DNA of 62,907 nucleotides, the filler included, from Sphacelaria rigidula (Eukaryota): assembly GCA_964200075.2 (NCBI GenBank). It is 10 parts of 10 records of this genome, joined end to end, with 100 filler letters (N's around TTAATTAATTAA, not from the genome) between each part and the next. Parts side by side here need not be neighbours in the genome. Positions count along the whole stretch, not along the records: positions 18,904 to 25,104 come from CAXNAA020021551.1; positions 25,205 to 31,405 come from CAXNAA020021552.1; positions 31,506 to 37,706 come from CAXNAA020021553.1; 7 more parts are not named here. One strand, written 5' to 3'. The notes below the pieces were generated by a model that ran no database searches, was not told where the DNA came from, and worked only from the letters and a program-made list of their open reading frames with translations. The position numbers and the translations under genes were made by a program. Shown one piece after another: positions 23,050-36,053 of the stretch (position 1 is its first letter; every line of letters begins with the position of its first letter).

Positions 23050-23125
23050 TGGGTGGGGGGGCGTACAATACTCATGATCTTGCATGCCGTAGTCATACAT
23101 GAGAATATTGACCTGGTATCCCTAC
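23050..23125 (-). mobile_element. 3' end of a sister C-tailed retroelement family
   Basis: Consensus gggatgcgaggtcaatgatct..tgactatggcatgcatgatcatgagtacaccccc; copies at 25205-25263, 33530-33570, 35706-35766, 43946-44007, 56708-56740. Confidence 0.7.
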
Positions 23126-23137
23126 AAAGCTGGGACT

Positions 23138-23390
23138 GAGCACGCCGGGTTTTCGCCGGACCAGGCTCGCAATTAATCACCAAGAGCGAAGCGCCACGAC
23201 GTGTTCGGCGAGTCGCATGATGGGCGATCTGTATCCTAATGAGATTTTTTGGCCCGAAGCGTACCGACTAGCTTGCACATGGATGACAGCCTCCAATGAG
23301 TTGCTCCATTTCCCGGTGTTGCCACTTGCAGAGACAGTCACGGCTAACACACTACCTCGTAGGTGTCTCACTGTATACAAACGCCACGTG
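23138..23390. repeat. Dispersed repeat shared with 53095-53305 and 44108-44190
   Basis: Direct sequence similarity across three contigs; class unknown. Confidence 0.65.
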
Positions 23391-24201
23391 CTACGATCGT
23401 GCCCATTGTACGGAGTCGAGGCTCTCCACCCCGCAGAATATGATCTCGCTCGGCCCACCATCATGGTTACCGCTGAAAATACGCAAGCGAGAAGAAGAAA
23501 CGGTATCCCGGTTGCCTACCTTGCGCAGTGAGTGGCGTGTTTTACAGCATCGTTGCCAACCGACGCAAACACTTAGAAGGTGTTGTCGACACGTCTGCCA
23601 AATGCCATTTTTACTCGGACCACGATTACAGTTATTTGCTACATTAATTACATGATTGAATGATCATCTATCCCCAACTGCTTTTCCGTGAAGATCCAGC
23701 CGTGATTGCAACGGTAGACGTACCCGAGGTGAATGAATATCACACGGGAATACTCGATGGAGGAAATTGAAAGAACAAAAGGGAAGAGACGAAGACTACA
23801 AAAAAAAAGGCGGGAACAAGAAAAAAAGAAAAATGATGCGCCACGAGCGTCGGCTTTTACGTGTTATGCCAGCACAGTTTTTGAAAAAATCGTTCATCTT
23901 GGAAATAATGATGGGTCACATGCACACACAACTCGTGCTAGCATCATAAGTAAAAGCCTACACGAGTGGGTGCTTTTCTCAAGGTCACGCGTTTCCCCCC
24001 CCCAAAGCACGCATTCTCTATTCGGCCGATCCCGACATCTGCTCAAGCCAAGCTCGAGTGAGAGTTTACGAAAGAAAAAAAATGCTGCGATAATGAAAAT
24101 TCTTAGACTGACAATGAGAACCGCACAAAAAAACATCAATATTCAGCAAAAAAAAAAACGTTCACACAAAAAAAAACGGGAAAGAAAAAAGGCAAACGCA
24201 C

Positions 24202-24398
24202 CGCAGCATATCCCGATAGCTCATTGAACCCCCCATCTTGTATCTGGCCTCATTGACGAGCAGCTCCCAAGCGTCCGTATCCCATTGGTTGGCCTCGATG
24301 CGCCGCACGGCGTGCTTGAACCTGAACCCCCATGTTGACGAAAAAAAATCAGCATTGATTTTTCCACCTCGAACATTCCGGATACCGCACAGTGACAT
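24202..24398 (-). CDS. CSTF3: N-terminal exon of a CstF-77/RNA14/Suf-like HAT-repeat protein
   Basis: AVRRIEANQWDTDAWELLVNEAR resembles the CstF-77 N-terminus as I recall it (E.NPYDLDAWSILIREA); donor gtgcgt after MLR; 5' limit is either ATG 24398 or an acceptor at 24321. Confidence 0.65.
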
Positions 24399-25304
24399 GA
24401 TCATTGTCCACAAAGATGTTGCTGCAGCGCGCAGCGCACTTAGGAGCACCGCGGTCAAAGCGACCAAGCGTCGTATCGGGTGCTCAAGATGAGGAATGTA
24501 CCAACAACCGTAAACAGACAAGAAACTTCCAAACACTGGATAATGACGACAGATTACATTGCCAAGATGCCAAAATGCGTACTGCGTACAAACTGCGTAC
24601 AGTATCGACTATTGCGTCAGTTGCAATAGACAATGGATTCTAAACTGTACGCAGTACACCTTTTGACAATGTTATCTGTTCTCCAGAGTGTGGAAACTTT
24701 GAAAATATAAAAAATGTACCTGTCGGATGCGCGATGGCCGTAGCTTCGAAAGTGGAACTCTCCCGCCGCGGAGACCTGCCTCTTAAGCCGAAAACCAGGC
24801 TTGGTAGTCGTTACATCGTCCTCGCCTAGCGCAGGCGCCTTAGTCCCCTGAAGATTGAAGCACGCAAAGAGGCGACGGACGAGTTCGGGATGGGCTATCA
24901 AGATTCGCTTCTCATCATGTCGCATCCGTAACCACCCACGGTGTAGCGCTCCTCGTCTGAGTATGAAGGGAAGCGCATGGCTGCCCGGTAGAGCTTTGCG
25001 CCGGTTATTGCAGCTGGACCAACAGCTGCAAGGGACCTTGAAATAACTTCAAAATAAAGGTTTTCACCCGAAGTTGGCGGGGGTTGGGGGGGGGGGGGGG
25101 GGGGNNNNNNNNNNNNNNNNNNNNNNNNNNNNNNNNNNNNNNNNNNNNTTAATTAATTAANNNNNNNNNNNNNNNNNNNNNNNNNNNNNNNNNNNNNNNN
25201 NNNNGGGGATGCGAGGTCAATGATCTCATGACTATGGCATGCATGATCATGAGTACACCCCCCATCAAGCTGTGCCGCAGGGGCCGGGCACTTCCAGTTT
25301 TACT

Positions 25305-25395
25305 TCGTTGTCGTCGTTGCTGTTGCTGTTGTTGTTATTGCTGCTGTTGCTGCTGTTGTTGTTGTTGCTGCTGCTGATGCTCCTGCTCTTGTTAT
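25305..25395. repeat. (TTG/CTG)n microsatellite
   Basis: Direct; produces the poly-Leu ORF. Confidence 0.9.
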
Positions 25396-27080
25396 TTTCT
25401 ACTTCTCCTTCCCGCTTGGTTTCGGGTTTATTTATGTCTTGCTTTTTCGTTTACATCGGTTTTCATTTGTTGTGGTTTTTATTTCTGAGTTTATCCCCCT
25501 TTTGTTACTTCTACATTCTTGTTTTTCTCCGCCTTGTTTATTTTTCTTCTAGCGAGCGGTTCGGTTTTGTTCAGCTTGGGTCCCTCGGGGATCACTTCAT
25601 GTGCGACAGTCATTCAGTTAATCAATTAATCAATGAACCTATTGATTGTATCCGTTTCCATGAACCTTGGGTACTGTACGTTCTTCTGCCGACAACGGCT
25701 GGATCCCTCATAAATGTGTTATCGTGTGACAATCAACCACTCAAGCAATCAAATCAATTGGGTAATGACCACTCCCGCAGCTCGCCGAACTTCACTGTTT
25801 TTATTTTTTTATTTTTTTATTTTGTCAGTTCAGATTCTCACGCTGTCCACAACAGACAAGAGTTAGTTGGGGTATCACTCTCGGGACTCAAACCCCACCA
25901 CTCGAACTGGAGCATGACCTACAGTTTCACCTCCGGGACGAAGCGGTTAGTTAACCTGTAAGCTTTGTTTGAATCCTTTTTACACCGCTGCACAAGTGTA
26001 GTGACAGATCTCTCGCCCAAGCGAATCGACCGGAGCGAAGAAATGTGCTAGACCGGGAGCGAATGAGAGCGGTAGCAGCAAAGCAGGAAGAAGCGCTGGC
26101 GGCGGCACAGGCTCAAGAAAAGCCGCAGGTGAAAACTACAAATACTGCGACGTTAAACACTGAGACTTTCGCCGAACACCTGAGGTTCGTGAATGGTGAC
26201 TGAGCACGTGCATGTAAGCGCTGCTTACCCTGGATAATGACAGTAGATTATAGCACATCGTCAAAAGGTGTATTGCGTACAGTATCGGCTATTACGTCTA
26301 TTGAAATGGACAACAGATGCCATACTGCATACATTCTATTTTTTTACTGTAGTTTATTGCCCAGGGTGTGAGGTGCTGTTTCAGGCGGCAACCAGCCATG
26401 ATGCCAAAATGCCTGGTGTCTCTGTCGTCACCCCTTCGGAGTTCTCGCCGCTGCGAATTTACATGATGAAGCTTTTCATTGGACTTTTCCAGTCAATACC
26501 CCGGCTACCTGGGAGGCCCCTATTTCGACCCCAGTTGGACAGAGGTTCGGGAGGTGTAGCGGAATAGTTGTTTTAGGTGGAATCACAACGCCTACAGATA
26601 CAACGGGTGTTTGCGCCCGGAAGGACAGTGCCACGCACATGCCTTGCGTGATCATTTTTCGTCTGAGCGGCGGCGTCGGAACACATGGGCCATGAGGCGT
26701 GGATATGACATGAACGCTGCGCCAGCAGTACATACGGTCGTGTTATCCTCGGAAATTTGAAAGGCCGTTGTAAGACTTGATTGTTTGAAGCACGGTGTCC
26801 AATCCGTCTCCCTCGACTGTGGCAGATAGCTGTGTCACACCTATTGGCCGAACGTTCGAGTTTTTAACTGCTCTCACGAATCCGGTGAGACCTCTCTTCA
26901 AACCCGGCTCCCTGAATCCATTTTTGACAACACTCGACTAGAGTGTGAATAACCCTATTGAGATGTTTAGAGGACCCGCAATCGCAAGGGCAAGCCCAGG
27001 GTGCTCAGCACGCCTTTGAACAAGAACGGGGACCTTACGTCGTGAATTATGTAGTGAACATGCTTGTGATTGGCTCGCAG

Positions 27081-27830
27081 ACTCGAGTCACACCTGTAGT
27101 GTACATATTACACTACAGGAGTGAACAGCAACTCCGGGACGGATAGAACAGCAGCAGAGAATTGAAGCTGCAAGCAGACAAGCAGATAGCGAGGGGTACA
27201 TTGCTGTCGCAGGAGGTCATTGCGATGCTCGTGTATCGGTATATTCCGATCTTGGTACGTATAGCTGAGTGCGTCTTTCCGTGACCGCCGGCGCCGATGC
27301 CAGTGGCAGCGGCCGCCATGCTGACGGGTGCAAGCAGTACCCTGGCGGTGCAGTATATCCGCACTATGCTCTGGGCTGCTCCTTTCATCGGAGCACGGGG
27401 TCTGGCCCAGCCGGTCGAGCGGTGTATACCGGCGCTGATTGTGTGTCTTTATCCAGCCATGGTCGGTACCGCGCAGGTGATGGGTCCGGGTAACATGAAA
27501 TTTTCAACAGTCAAGTGTGGAGACCGCACAGCATCCCGACTGATACTATTTATACTTTACAGAGACGAACAGAACAATACAGTACATGAAGCAATATCAG
27601 CGCAGACCAAACCGTCTTCGAAAGGTCTAAACACACCACAGAACATTGACAGCTACAGCACACGGGAGCGGACGTGGGTGTGTTTTCACTGCAGTACAGT
27701 GAAACAGAACATGTCCCATGTTTCAGTTCTTCGGCTGATTTCAAACGGGTCCTCATTGTTTGCCAGGTACCGATCTTGAACGCTCGGCTATAATCGTGCT
27801 TCGCGCAAATAGTTGAAATCACTACTTCGT
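27081..27830. repeat. Dispersed repeat family A, uninterrupted copy
   Basis: Matches 692-1183 plus 1519-1770. Confidence 0.8.
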
Positions 27831-30199
27831 ACAAAGTAATTCCCATGCATGGATTCTGCGCCGACGTGCTTCAGTTTTCGCTGAATTTCAACTCGCTGTA
27901 TCTTCCTGGGTTCTTTTGTTGGCGTCCCCGGAGATGTTACGGGTGTTGACGATGAAAGTTTTGTGTCATATTCCAGCGCCGAACTCCTCAAATCGAGAAC
28001 CGCGTCACCCGATTACCGACGAAAAACATTATCAGCTGGCCCAGATCGCATCTACTGATCTTCGCTTAAATTGACAAGTCGGCTCATCTCCCACGAGTAT
28101 TATAGTTCAAGTTTATTGTGATGCTCACTTGCATCACCTGCCTGGTCCCGTGTCGTCCAGATTGTCATGCTATGTCATGTTGTATAAGTATGTGAACATA
28201 AGTCGGGGCAGTGTTTATACTGTACCATACTGTATCCTACGTATTGTACAGTCGGTCATTCAATCAATCCACTCAGCATTGGGCATGTTGTCATGGGAGA
28301 CCGGAGCTAGTGCTCGAAAATAGAGGGAGGCCGGTCCAATAGCGTAGCGAGAACGTTCCGGCGCCGACGAGTTTGTTCCAATTCTGTAACAAGCCACGAA
28401 CAAGCATAACGTTTTTTTAGGTTATGTTCTCTTTGTTGCGTACACGCCCAAATACCTGCGCAGGGGGCCCGCTTCAACCCGACGTTCAAGAAAGATGCGT
28501 GAGAGGAGCGCATTAGGAGCGATCGCCTTGCTTTGTGCCCCGCAGGATTGACATGCTGACTCTGGTTCTTGAAATTCTTGACGAAAAAAAAAGCGGTGTT
28601 CGGGAGGCGAGGTGTGCATGACACTACACAAGGGACCGTATGTGTATCTCCGAATGTTGACGCAAATGAGGCTTGTTTGTACGGCACATTCAGAGACGAG
28701 TCGATGTGGTACTGCGGGTGACGGAAGGGTGGCCTGCATTCTTCATTTTGGCGTGAACCCTTCTGGGAACCGGGGCTGTGACCTGTCTGAACGGTATATT
28801 TTAGCTCCTCTGTCGTTGTTGATGCTTACTGTTGCGGCTTGGATGATAGTGGGCAGCACCGGTGTACCTGGAGCTACAGGCCGCGTTGTCCATTTGGATC
28901 AGCAGAGCAGTGCATGAGGGTCACGCCGACAATTGACGACTGTGTTGCCCTGATATGAACACTATGAAAAGAGGTGCCGGCTGTTTTCCAGGGCTACTTA
29001 AGGGATGCGTGTACTGAATATTTTTGCTGCTGTAGGGAAGTAACGCTGTTGCGATAGGGTTGTAGTGATTTTTTTTTTCGATCTTGTGATTGAAAAAAAA
29101 ATCGGGCCCGGCGTACGCTTTTTGTTCTCGGGGTAGTGCGGCCTGATGTTGCCCTCTGTATGAAGATGAAACGGTCTTCCCGGAAGCCTGTCTGTCCTTC
29201 CGAGGGGTGAATCGGGGTTGAGGTTTCTAGAGTTGTAGGCGTTATTAATAGTTGTTCGCAATAGGTGGAACTAGTCTTGACCCTTGCTGCAGTGCCTGCA
29301 GCACTTCTGAAGGTCTTGCTTGCAGTTGGCCATCTGTAAATCATGGTGTGTGCTGTCATGAAATTGTTTGGTGTCGGGGTATGTGTGACTTGGGCCCCGC
29401 GTTTTTGCTGTGGAGCACAAGGCATGTTGCCGCACATGAAGCTGCCAGCTTCAGCATTGCGATTGTCTAGACATGCATGACTAAACAAGGGAGCTCTCCG
29501 GCCGGTCCCGGTAGTTGAGACCAGATGGTGTCGAGGCGCCAGGTATATAGCATACCACGTATATAGCATAAATACGAGTTGAGAGTAGCGAACGACTAGG
29601 AACCCTGCAATAGTGCGAATACCTCGGAGTGCACCGCACACTATGCTTACTCACTCGCGCAACTCAAGGTTTTCACGCGTTTATGTTATAATTTTTCAAC
29701 ATGGACGTGGCGTCGCCGCCCAAATAAAAAAAAACGTGATCGCGCCGCATTTATCGAAGCTGCCATCACGGAGCGTGCACTCAGTGTGTGCCACGAACTG
29801 CGGAGCATGTGCGGCACGTGAAACGTCTCGTCATACCGTACGACTATGGTTGCGCGTATACTCTTCCAGCCCATCAATGAGAACACCATCAATCGGTTAG
29901 TTTCGTACAACTGAAGATGAAAAGCAAGAGCGGTGTGCAACTGACTCCCTGTCGGGGGGAAATGGAGGATGACCCTTGAACGTTACGCACGCCGAGGGTA
30001 GCGTGGCGTGAGGACAACAAGACCATACCGTTCCGGTTCGACACCCGAAAGAAGTGTAGCGAGGTACTACAGTGGCGAGACTTATGTGAGCAGCGTATCG
30101 GATGTGCGAAGGCGACCATGATATGGTATGCCTACCAGGAAAAAAAAAAAAGAAAGGAAAATCAGACGATCGTTGCCAATATGTCAGCGAATGGGGGGT

Positions 30200-30905
30200 C
30201 AGTCTTACGCCAAAAAAAAAAAACAGAAAGAAAAACGGAACATAATCTTTGCGCCCCAACACGCACGCACACATCGCGCAATCCCAGATCCAGCAAGATA
30301 AGGTTGTTTTCTGTTGTTTAGATGACCCGTGGTCGAAGTTTCAGTGCGTAAAATCACTGACAGCGCTTGCACGGCCGTGTCTCCCAAAGTGAGCACCTCT
30401 TCAGGCGATACCAAGATATGCACCACGTAAAATGACATCATCCAGAGTGTGCCCGATACAGATCGATGTGTTCGTTTGCCGGGGCAGGGGCCACCCAGCA
30501 GGAACTGAGCGGATCTGCGTGTCAACACACACGGGTGGCCACTGGGTTGCCTGCAACTTCAAATTTGGACGTTACAGACCTTGTGCAAGATCTGTAACTG
30601 CGTTCTGAGGGCGTATCGATGACATTGCCGAAAATCCGTATTTTGCTTCGTGCGTCTGGCGCACCACGTAAAAAGTGCCGCCGATCCAGGAATATGCTGT
30701 CTGTGTTGCGGTCCACCTATGTGCCAAGTTTCAGGCTGGTTCGAATAGACAGCGGAGAAATCCACAAGCAAAGTGACGCTTGATTTGTACTGAAAATACA
30801 GTACTGAACCCTGCTGAACTGTCGAAAGATACAAGAGGTGCGTATGATTCTTGTATGCGAGCATCTTGGCAGTTGACTTGCTTTATTTTTTTTGGCGTAA
30901 GATTG
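30200..30905. mobile_element. MITE with cagtcttacgccaaaaaa TIR, 4-bp TSD (GGGT)
   Basis: gggt|cagtcttacgcc ... ggcgtaagattg|gggt; inverted homologue at 38011-38680. Confidence 0.8.
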
Positions 30906-31583
30906 GGGTACAATAAAATTGCCCCAAATCACCCAAGCCACTGAGACTTTCTCGCTGGAGATCAGAGAGCATGGACTTGTTATTTTGAGTAGCACTTCGA
31001 CTCCACAATCGAAGACGATCCCTGGGTTTTTGCTTCCTTCTCTCAGATATTTCGATCCGGAAATAACAGTAGTTTCGTGAGATTGAGAGTGGTTGGTGCG
31101 ATTGAGAGTAGGCTTTTCGAGGCTCTCTGCGGCGGGTTGTGCCTGCATTAATGGACACAACGCTTATCTCGTACAATGGTGCAATATTCTGTCGGCACAG
31201 CCAACAATATTACCGGGAAATCGAGCGTCGAAAGTACGATCAGGAAATGAGTAAGTTTTATTCACAACAGGTCTCGCTGCGCCTGTTCCGATGATGAGAC
31301 GAGAAGTTTACATGTGTAGCATGTCGGAACATTCATGACCGTTGCCTGAATGGAATGGCAGAACAATGTTGGGACAATATTGCGCGGTGGCCCACAGGCG
31401 CGCATNNNNNNNNNNNNNNNNNNNNNNNNNNNNNNNNNNNNNNNNNNNNTTAATTAATTAANNNNNNNNNNNNNNNNNNNNNNNNNNNNNNNNNNNNNNN
31501 NNNNNCCCCCCCCCCCCCCCCCTTATTTTTTTAAACGCCTAACCTACATACTCCTTCACCCGGACCCGAATCCCGAAATCCAG

Positions 31584-32462
31584 CTGCGAGTGTACAGGCC
31601 GCTCATAGAGCGCGCGGACGCCATAGACAGAGAGCGCGCAGAAGCGCAGGATGGGCTGAGGGCTGCGGAGGCGGAGCTCGGACGCGAGAGGGCCTCTCTG
31701 GCCGCGGCCACGCGGGGCGTCGCGGAGATGCAAGACGCCCTTGACAGAAAGGGGGACAGGCTGGCGGCGGCAGAGGCGGAGGCGAGCAAGGCCCTGTCAC
31801 TCCAGCGGGAGCTTCTGTCTGCTACGAACCGCCTTGATGTCGCCCAGGCAGACCGAGCAGAAGCCGCAGCAGCGGCTCGAAAAGCGGAGGAGTCTTGCCG
31901 GGCGCTTGCTACTGCCGTGGACGAGCTCGCCGAGCTAACCGCCGAGGTGTTGTCGCCGCCGCCGCCGCCGCCGCCCGCAGCAGTGGCGACGGCGACGTCG
32001 GCCGCCGCGGCGGCCATGGCCAATTCTACTACCAGCCGCGTTGCCGCCGACCGCGGCGGGTCTAAGCGGGCTCCCGTAGTGCGTCAGCGTGACTGTGGCG
32101 GCGATACCTCGGCGCCAGCAAGCAGCGAGAACCTCGGCAGCGGCTTTGGCGGTGGTGGCGTGCCAGCGGTGGCGAGGCTGGTCAATTTCGAGGCGGCTCT
32201 ACGCAGGAGTGTTGGGGTTGGGAATGTGCACGCCGTTGGGGCTGCGGTGGGTGAAGGGAAGGAGGAGGAGAAGGTGACGGTGATTATGGACGGGGACGGG
32301 AGGGAGGAACGAGGGATCGCGGGGGGTCGCGGGGGGGGGAGACACCGTGGACTGTTGTCTTTTTTGGGGCAAGGCGAGCTGAGGAGGGCCGTGCGAGCTG
32401 TGCGGGGACTAGCCGAGATGAGGGAAGCGATGGCGAAAGAGCGTGAGCGATTGATGATAGAG
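31584..32462 (+). CDS. Ala/Glu-rich coiled-coil protein, internal exon 1 of 4 seen
   Basis: cag|CTG...GAG|gtaagg; 293 open codons, GC-rich, heptad-like. Confidence 0.8.
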
Positions 32463-32507
32463 GTAAGGTCAAGAAGGGGTAAAATGTACATACGCGCGCG
32501 TGCATAC

Positions 32508-32508
<1 letters not shown>

Positions 32509-32557
<49 letters not shown>
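32509..32557. repeat. (CAG)n microsatellite, intronic
   Basis: Direct. Confidence 0.95.
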
Positions 32558-32559
<2 letters not shown>

Positions 32560-33277
32560 AAACGTGCCGATGATGTTTTCTCGCCCACACACGAACGGTA
32601 GTCTCTTCTTTTTTTTTCGTTTCGAGCTGTTTTCCGCGATTGTTTTTTTTCTTTCATGTCTGAGTATCATGTTTATTCTCGTTTCCTCGACCATTAGCCT
32701 TTGTTCTCTCATTGATCATACGTCCTGCTCCCATTGTTCTCTCTTTGTTCTTGGGGGGGGGGGGGGGTAATGCTTTCCCCACCCATGACGTATCTTTTCC
32801 CGCTGTTGTGACTACAGCTGTCTCGTGCACGGGAAGAGCTTCGACTGCTCGGTAGTAAGGCAGAGACGTTACGGGCCGACAATCGGCGTATGGCGGGGAC
32901 TGTGGAAGAGGCGTCGGCCGCGAGAGCCGCCCTTCTCCCCAGGCTGAGGGACATGCAGGTGATGGTGATACATGAGAAGAGATAATAGAAGAAGAAAAAA
33001 CGTCCCACGACAACTTGACGCCTTCTTCGTTCAATCAGCATCTTGTGTGGTTGCACTATACCACTATGGTGGGAGATCCCAGCATAGTGGGGTGATGCCG
33101 GGCCGGCGACCTACCGCACGGCTATGTCGGCGTCCCCACTGACTGTACTGCAATCACGTGGACCCCGCCCTTTGAGGTACCCCCTACCCGCGACAATTTG
33201 CTTGCTCTGTTTTACGTTGTGACGAAAATGATGTCGTGTACACATGTACTGCTGTGGTGTGTGCTGTGTACGTCTAG

Positions 33278-33378
33278 GTATCCAAGGACGCAGCGGAGGC
33301 GGCGGCTGGCGCGGCGCAGTCGGAGCTGAGAGACGTCCTAAGCTTCCTCGCTGTCCTGGCGGACGCTTTCACGCAGAG
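33278..33378 (+). CDS. Coiled-coil protein, exon 2
   Basis: tag|VSKDAAEAAAGAAQSELRDVLSFLAVLADAFTQ AG|gtgatg; phase 0/2. Confidence 0.75.
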
Positions 33379-34601
33379 GTGATGAAACAACGGACGAAAC
33401 ACTTGTTAGTGAGAAAGCAGTTTTTGTCTCATGCTGTAAATGGGGGACGGGGGGAAACTCTGCTTCGTTTAACTACTCTCGTTATTAACCCTTACCTTGC
33501 AAAGTGGGGAGGAGGGTGGGGTGGGGGGGAGGGGTACTTATTATTTACATGCCATAGTCATAAGACCATCGGGGGGAGTGGAGCCGCTGGGCGCGGGCGA
33601 TGAACGCATGCAAACCGGTGAAAAAAAACGTCATTGGCCCGCCCTGTATGTATTTTTTTTCAAAGCACAGCAGTCCCCCCCCCCCTCCCCGCCGCCTCCT
33701 TTTTATTTTTGTGCCGCGAGTGATGTATCATGTCAGGATACTGCAGGAATCCTGCCGTACATAGAAGTGTGTGCCTACAGTAGAACGTTCCTTCCCCTTT
33801 ACATGCCGCGAGGAACGTTCGCCGTTTATTGGCTCGTTTGTTGCACCGTGCAGTATGCATTGCACACAAGAACGGAACAAAATAAATTAATAGAAAACAT
33901 ATAAAAACAAGAACGTGAAAATGGAACCGTTGGCGAAAACTGAAGATTTTGACCACACACATACATGTACGTCCGCACAAGACACACAGCTTCACCGCAA
34001 TTTTTGTTCTCAGCGGCAAAACCGAAACCGCTACGGGTACAACACCACCGCTGTAAAAATATGAGTACACGTCGTTTCACCCGAAACAACCAGCGAGTTT
34101 TTTTTTCTCTTTTGGTTGTCACCCTTGACGCCCCCTTCCCTTTCTGGAGACGAGTCTGCGGTCCCAAGGGATCAAGTCATGTCTCCCCCGCTACGGTACA
34201 TGCCTTACGTGTTGGATCGCGTCGCAGATTTACAGTCAGTAACACCCCCGCATCGCGTCCACTGTCGTCTAACAAACTCAGTGAAAACAACACCATCTCT
34301 CCTGTTCATTTCCTCACGCTTTTAACGACAGAAATGAGATATTTCGCAAACGACCACAACAACAATAACAATAACAAACTAAGCGCATCGTGCGGGAAAA
34401 GAACCCCCCTCCCCCCCCCGCCCCGCCCCTGATATACCGGTGTAGTCATTTCAATCGTACCTTTACACAGCCGGGGGGACGGCAGCAGTGAGTTTACAAC
34501 AACATTTTGTGACGGAAACAGCTCCACAGAGCGCACACCTGCAAAATCATGAAACAGACCCCGCTTGCGTGTTCCGACCCATGCACCCAAAACGGGTATA
34601 G

Positions 34602-34824
34602 ACCGCAAGAGAGCGAGGGTAGCCCGGGTCAGGACGACGCTTGGCCGGTCAACGGCAAGGTAGAGAGAGAAGGCGCCTCGGTAACGGGCGATGCAGCGCC
34701 GGTGGCGGCCGGGGCGGCGGAAGGAGGAGGAGGGGAAGGGAAAAGGCTGGCTGCGGCTGTGTCTGCCGGCGTTAAACGTCTCGTAGAGGGGAGGACGGCG
34801 GCGGCGAATGCGTGCCGGGAGCTG
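34602..34824 (+). CDS. Coiled-coil protein, exon 3
   Basis: tag|A CCG CAA...GAG CTG|gtgagt; phase 2/0 fits both neighbours. Confidence 0.75.
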
Positions 34825-34889
34825 GTGAGTGAGTGCGGGTTGCTTTTTTTGCGTGAAACGATGCCGCCATGCCCCTTCCCCTCCCCCCC

Positions 34890-35257
34890 GATGACGATAG
34901 CAATAGAGGGTAGAACTAATATAATAATGGCAGAATGTGAACCATACAAGGAGGAACGGAACGTGTTAAGAGGGGGGGAATATGGAAAGTAAACGGAGTT
35001 GGCATGAAATCGTTTGATACATTGGACAGTAGCGAGGGAACGATTGGTATAGATCGGTATACTTTTTATTTGGGAGATGGATGGTGGCCACAGACGACGA
35101 AACAGGAAGGGAATGATATGTGGATATATATTTTTTTCTTCTTGTAGTTTTATGGAAGAAACGTTGTTGGCGTCACAAATGTTGGAAGTGTCGCTAATTG
35201 GAGTAGGGACGGTGCTCTGTCTCGAAAGGGATGCGTGGTCACTGGTCAATCGACTAA

Positions 35258-35292
<35 letters not shown>
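34890..35292 (+). mobile_element. 5'-truncated C-tailed LINE fragment, intronic
   Basis: Matches ~58985-59315; preceded by a C tract and followed by a long poly(C). Confidence 0.75.
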
Positions 35293-35936
35293 TACCAAAA
35301 AACAGAGGGGGGGCGAAGGCGGGGCAACGAACAAAAGNNNNNNNNNNGACGGCGGTTCTGTTCCTAAAGGGTGGCGTGGTCACTTGTCAAACTGATAAAT
35401 GCCCCCCCCCCCCCCCCCGCGCCCTCGTTTACAGGAAAAAGACTAGGGGTAGGAACGAGCGTTGTGAAACGAACTAGGGTTTGAACCACTGTCTCGTGAG
35501 GGAGAGAGGTTTGGTGAAGTCACCCCGGCGGTATTTGTGTGCGAGGAAGTGACGCGTGTCTGTAGAAAATGTCAATGCGCTGTGCACTTGAATGTTTCGC
35601 GGGTCCCCGCTTTCGTGTTTATATGATAATATAAATAAAATGGGTGGTAGCTTCTTTCTTGAGATGTTGTAATGAATTCCCCCTCACCCTCCCCGTGTTT
35701 CGGTAGGGATGCGAGGCCAATGGTCTTGTGACTACGGCATACAATATGAAGAGTACCCCCCCCCCCGGCCCCACCCACACCCCCCCCACCACCGCGCACC
35801 ACCGCCGACCCCCCCCACCGGGGGGCGGCACNNNNNNNNNNGAGCGGGGGAGAGGCCCTTGTTCCTGCGCCTAACAAAAACAATATGCCCCCCCCCCCCC
35901 CCCCCCCCCTCCTCTCCCCCTCACCCGGTATTTCAG

Positions 35937-36053
35937 GAGAGTCGGTGGTCGCAGTGTAGACGAGAGCTGGAGAACCTAAAAAGCTGGGCACGAGATCGTG
36001 ACGCTTCCCACAGAGAGCAGCTGGGCGAACTAAGGGGCTGGTGCGAGACGGAG
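35937..36053 (+). CDS. Coiled-coil protein, exon 4
   Basis: cag|ESRWSQCRRELENLKSWARDRDASHREQLGELRGWCETE|gtgcag; phase 0/0. Confidence 0.75.

Noticed and set aside
24730..24931. Divergent + strand exon (…EATDEFGMGYQDSLLIMSH)
   Set aside because: In-frame TAG upstream, no recognisable homology, no partner exon
33054..33190. Self-cleaving ribozyme (HDV-like or hammerhead)
   Set aside because: Could not build the nested pseudoknot or a CUGAUGA/GAAA core; other CTGATGA hits also lack the stems
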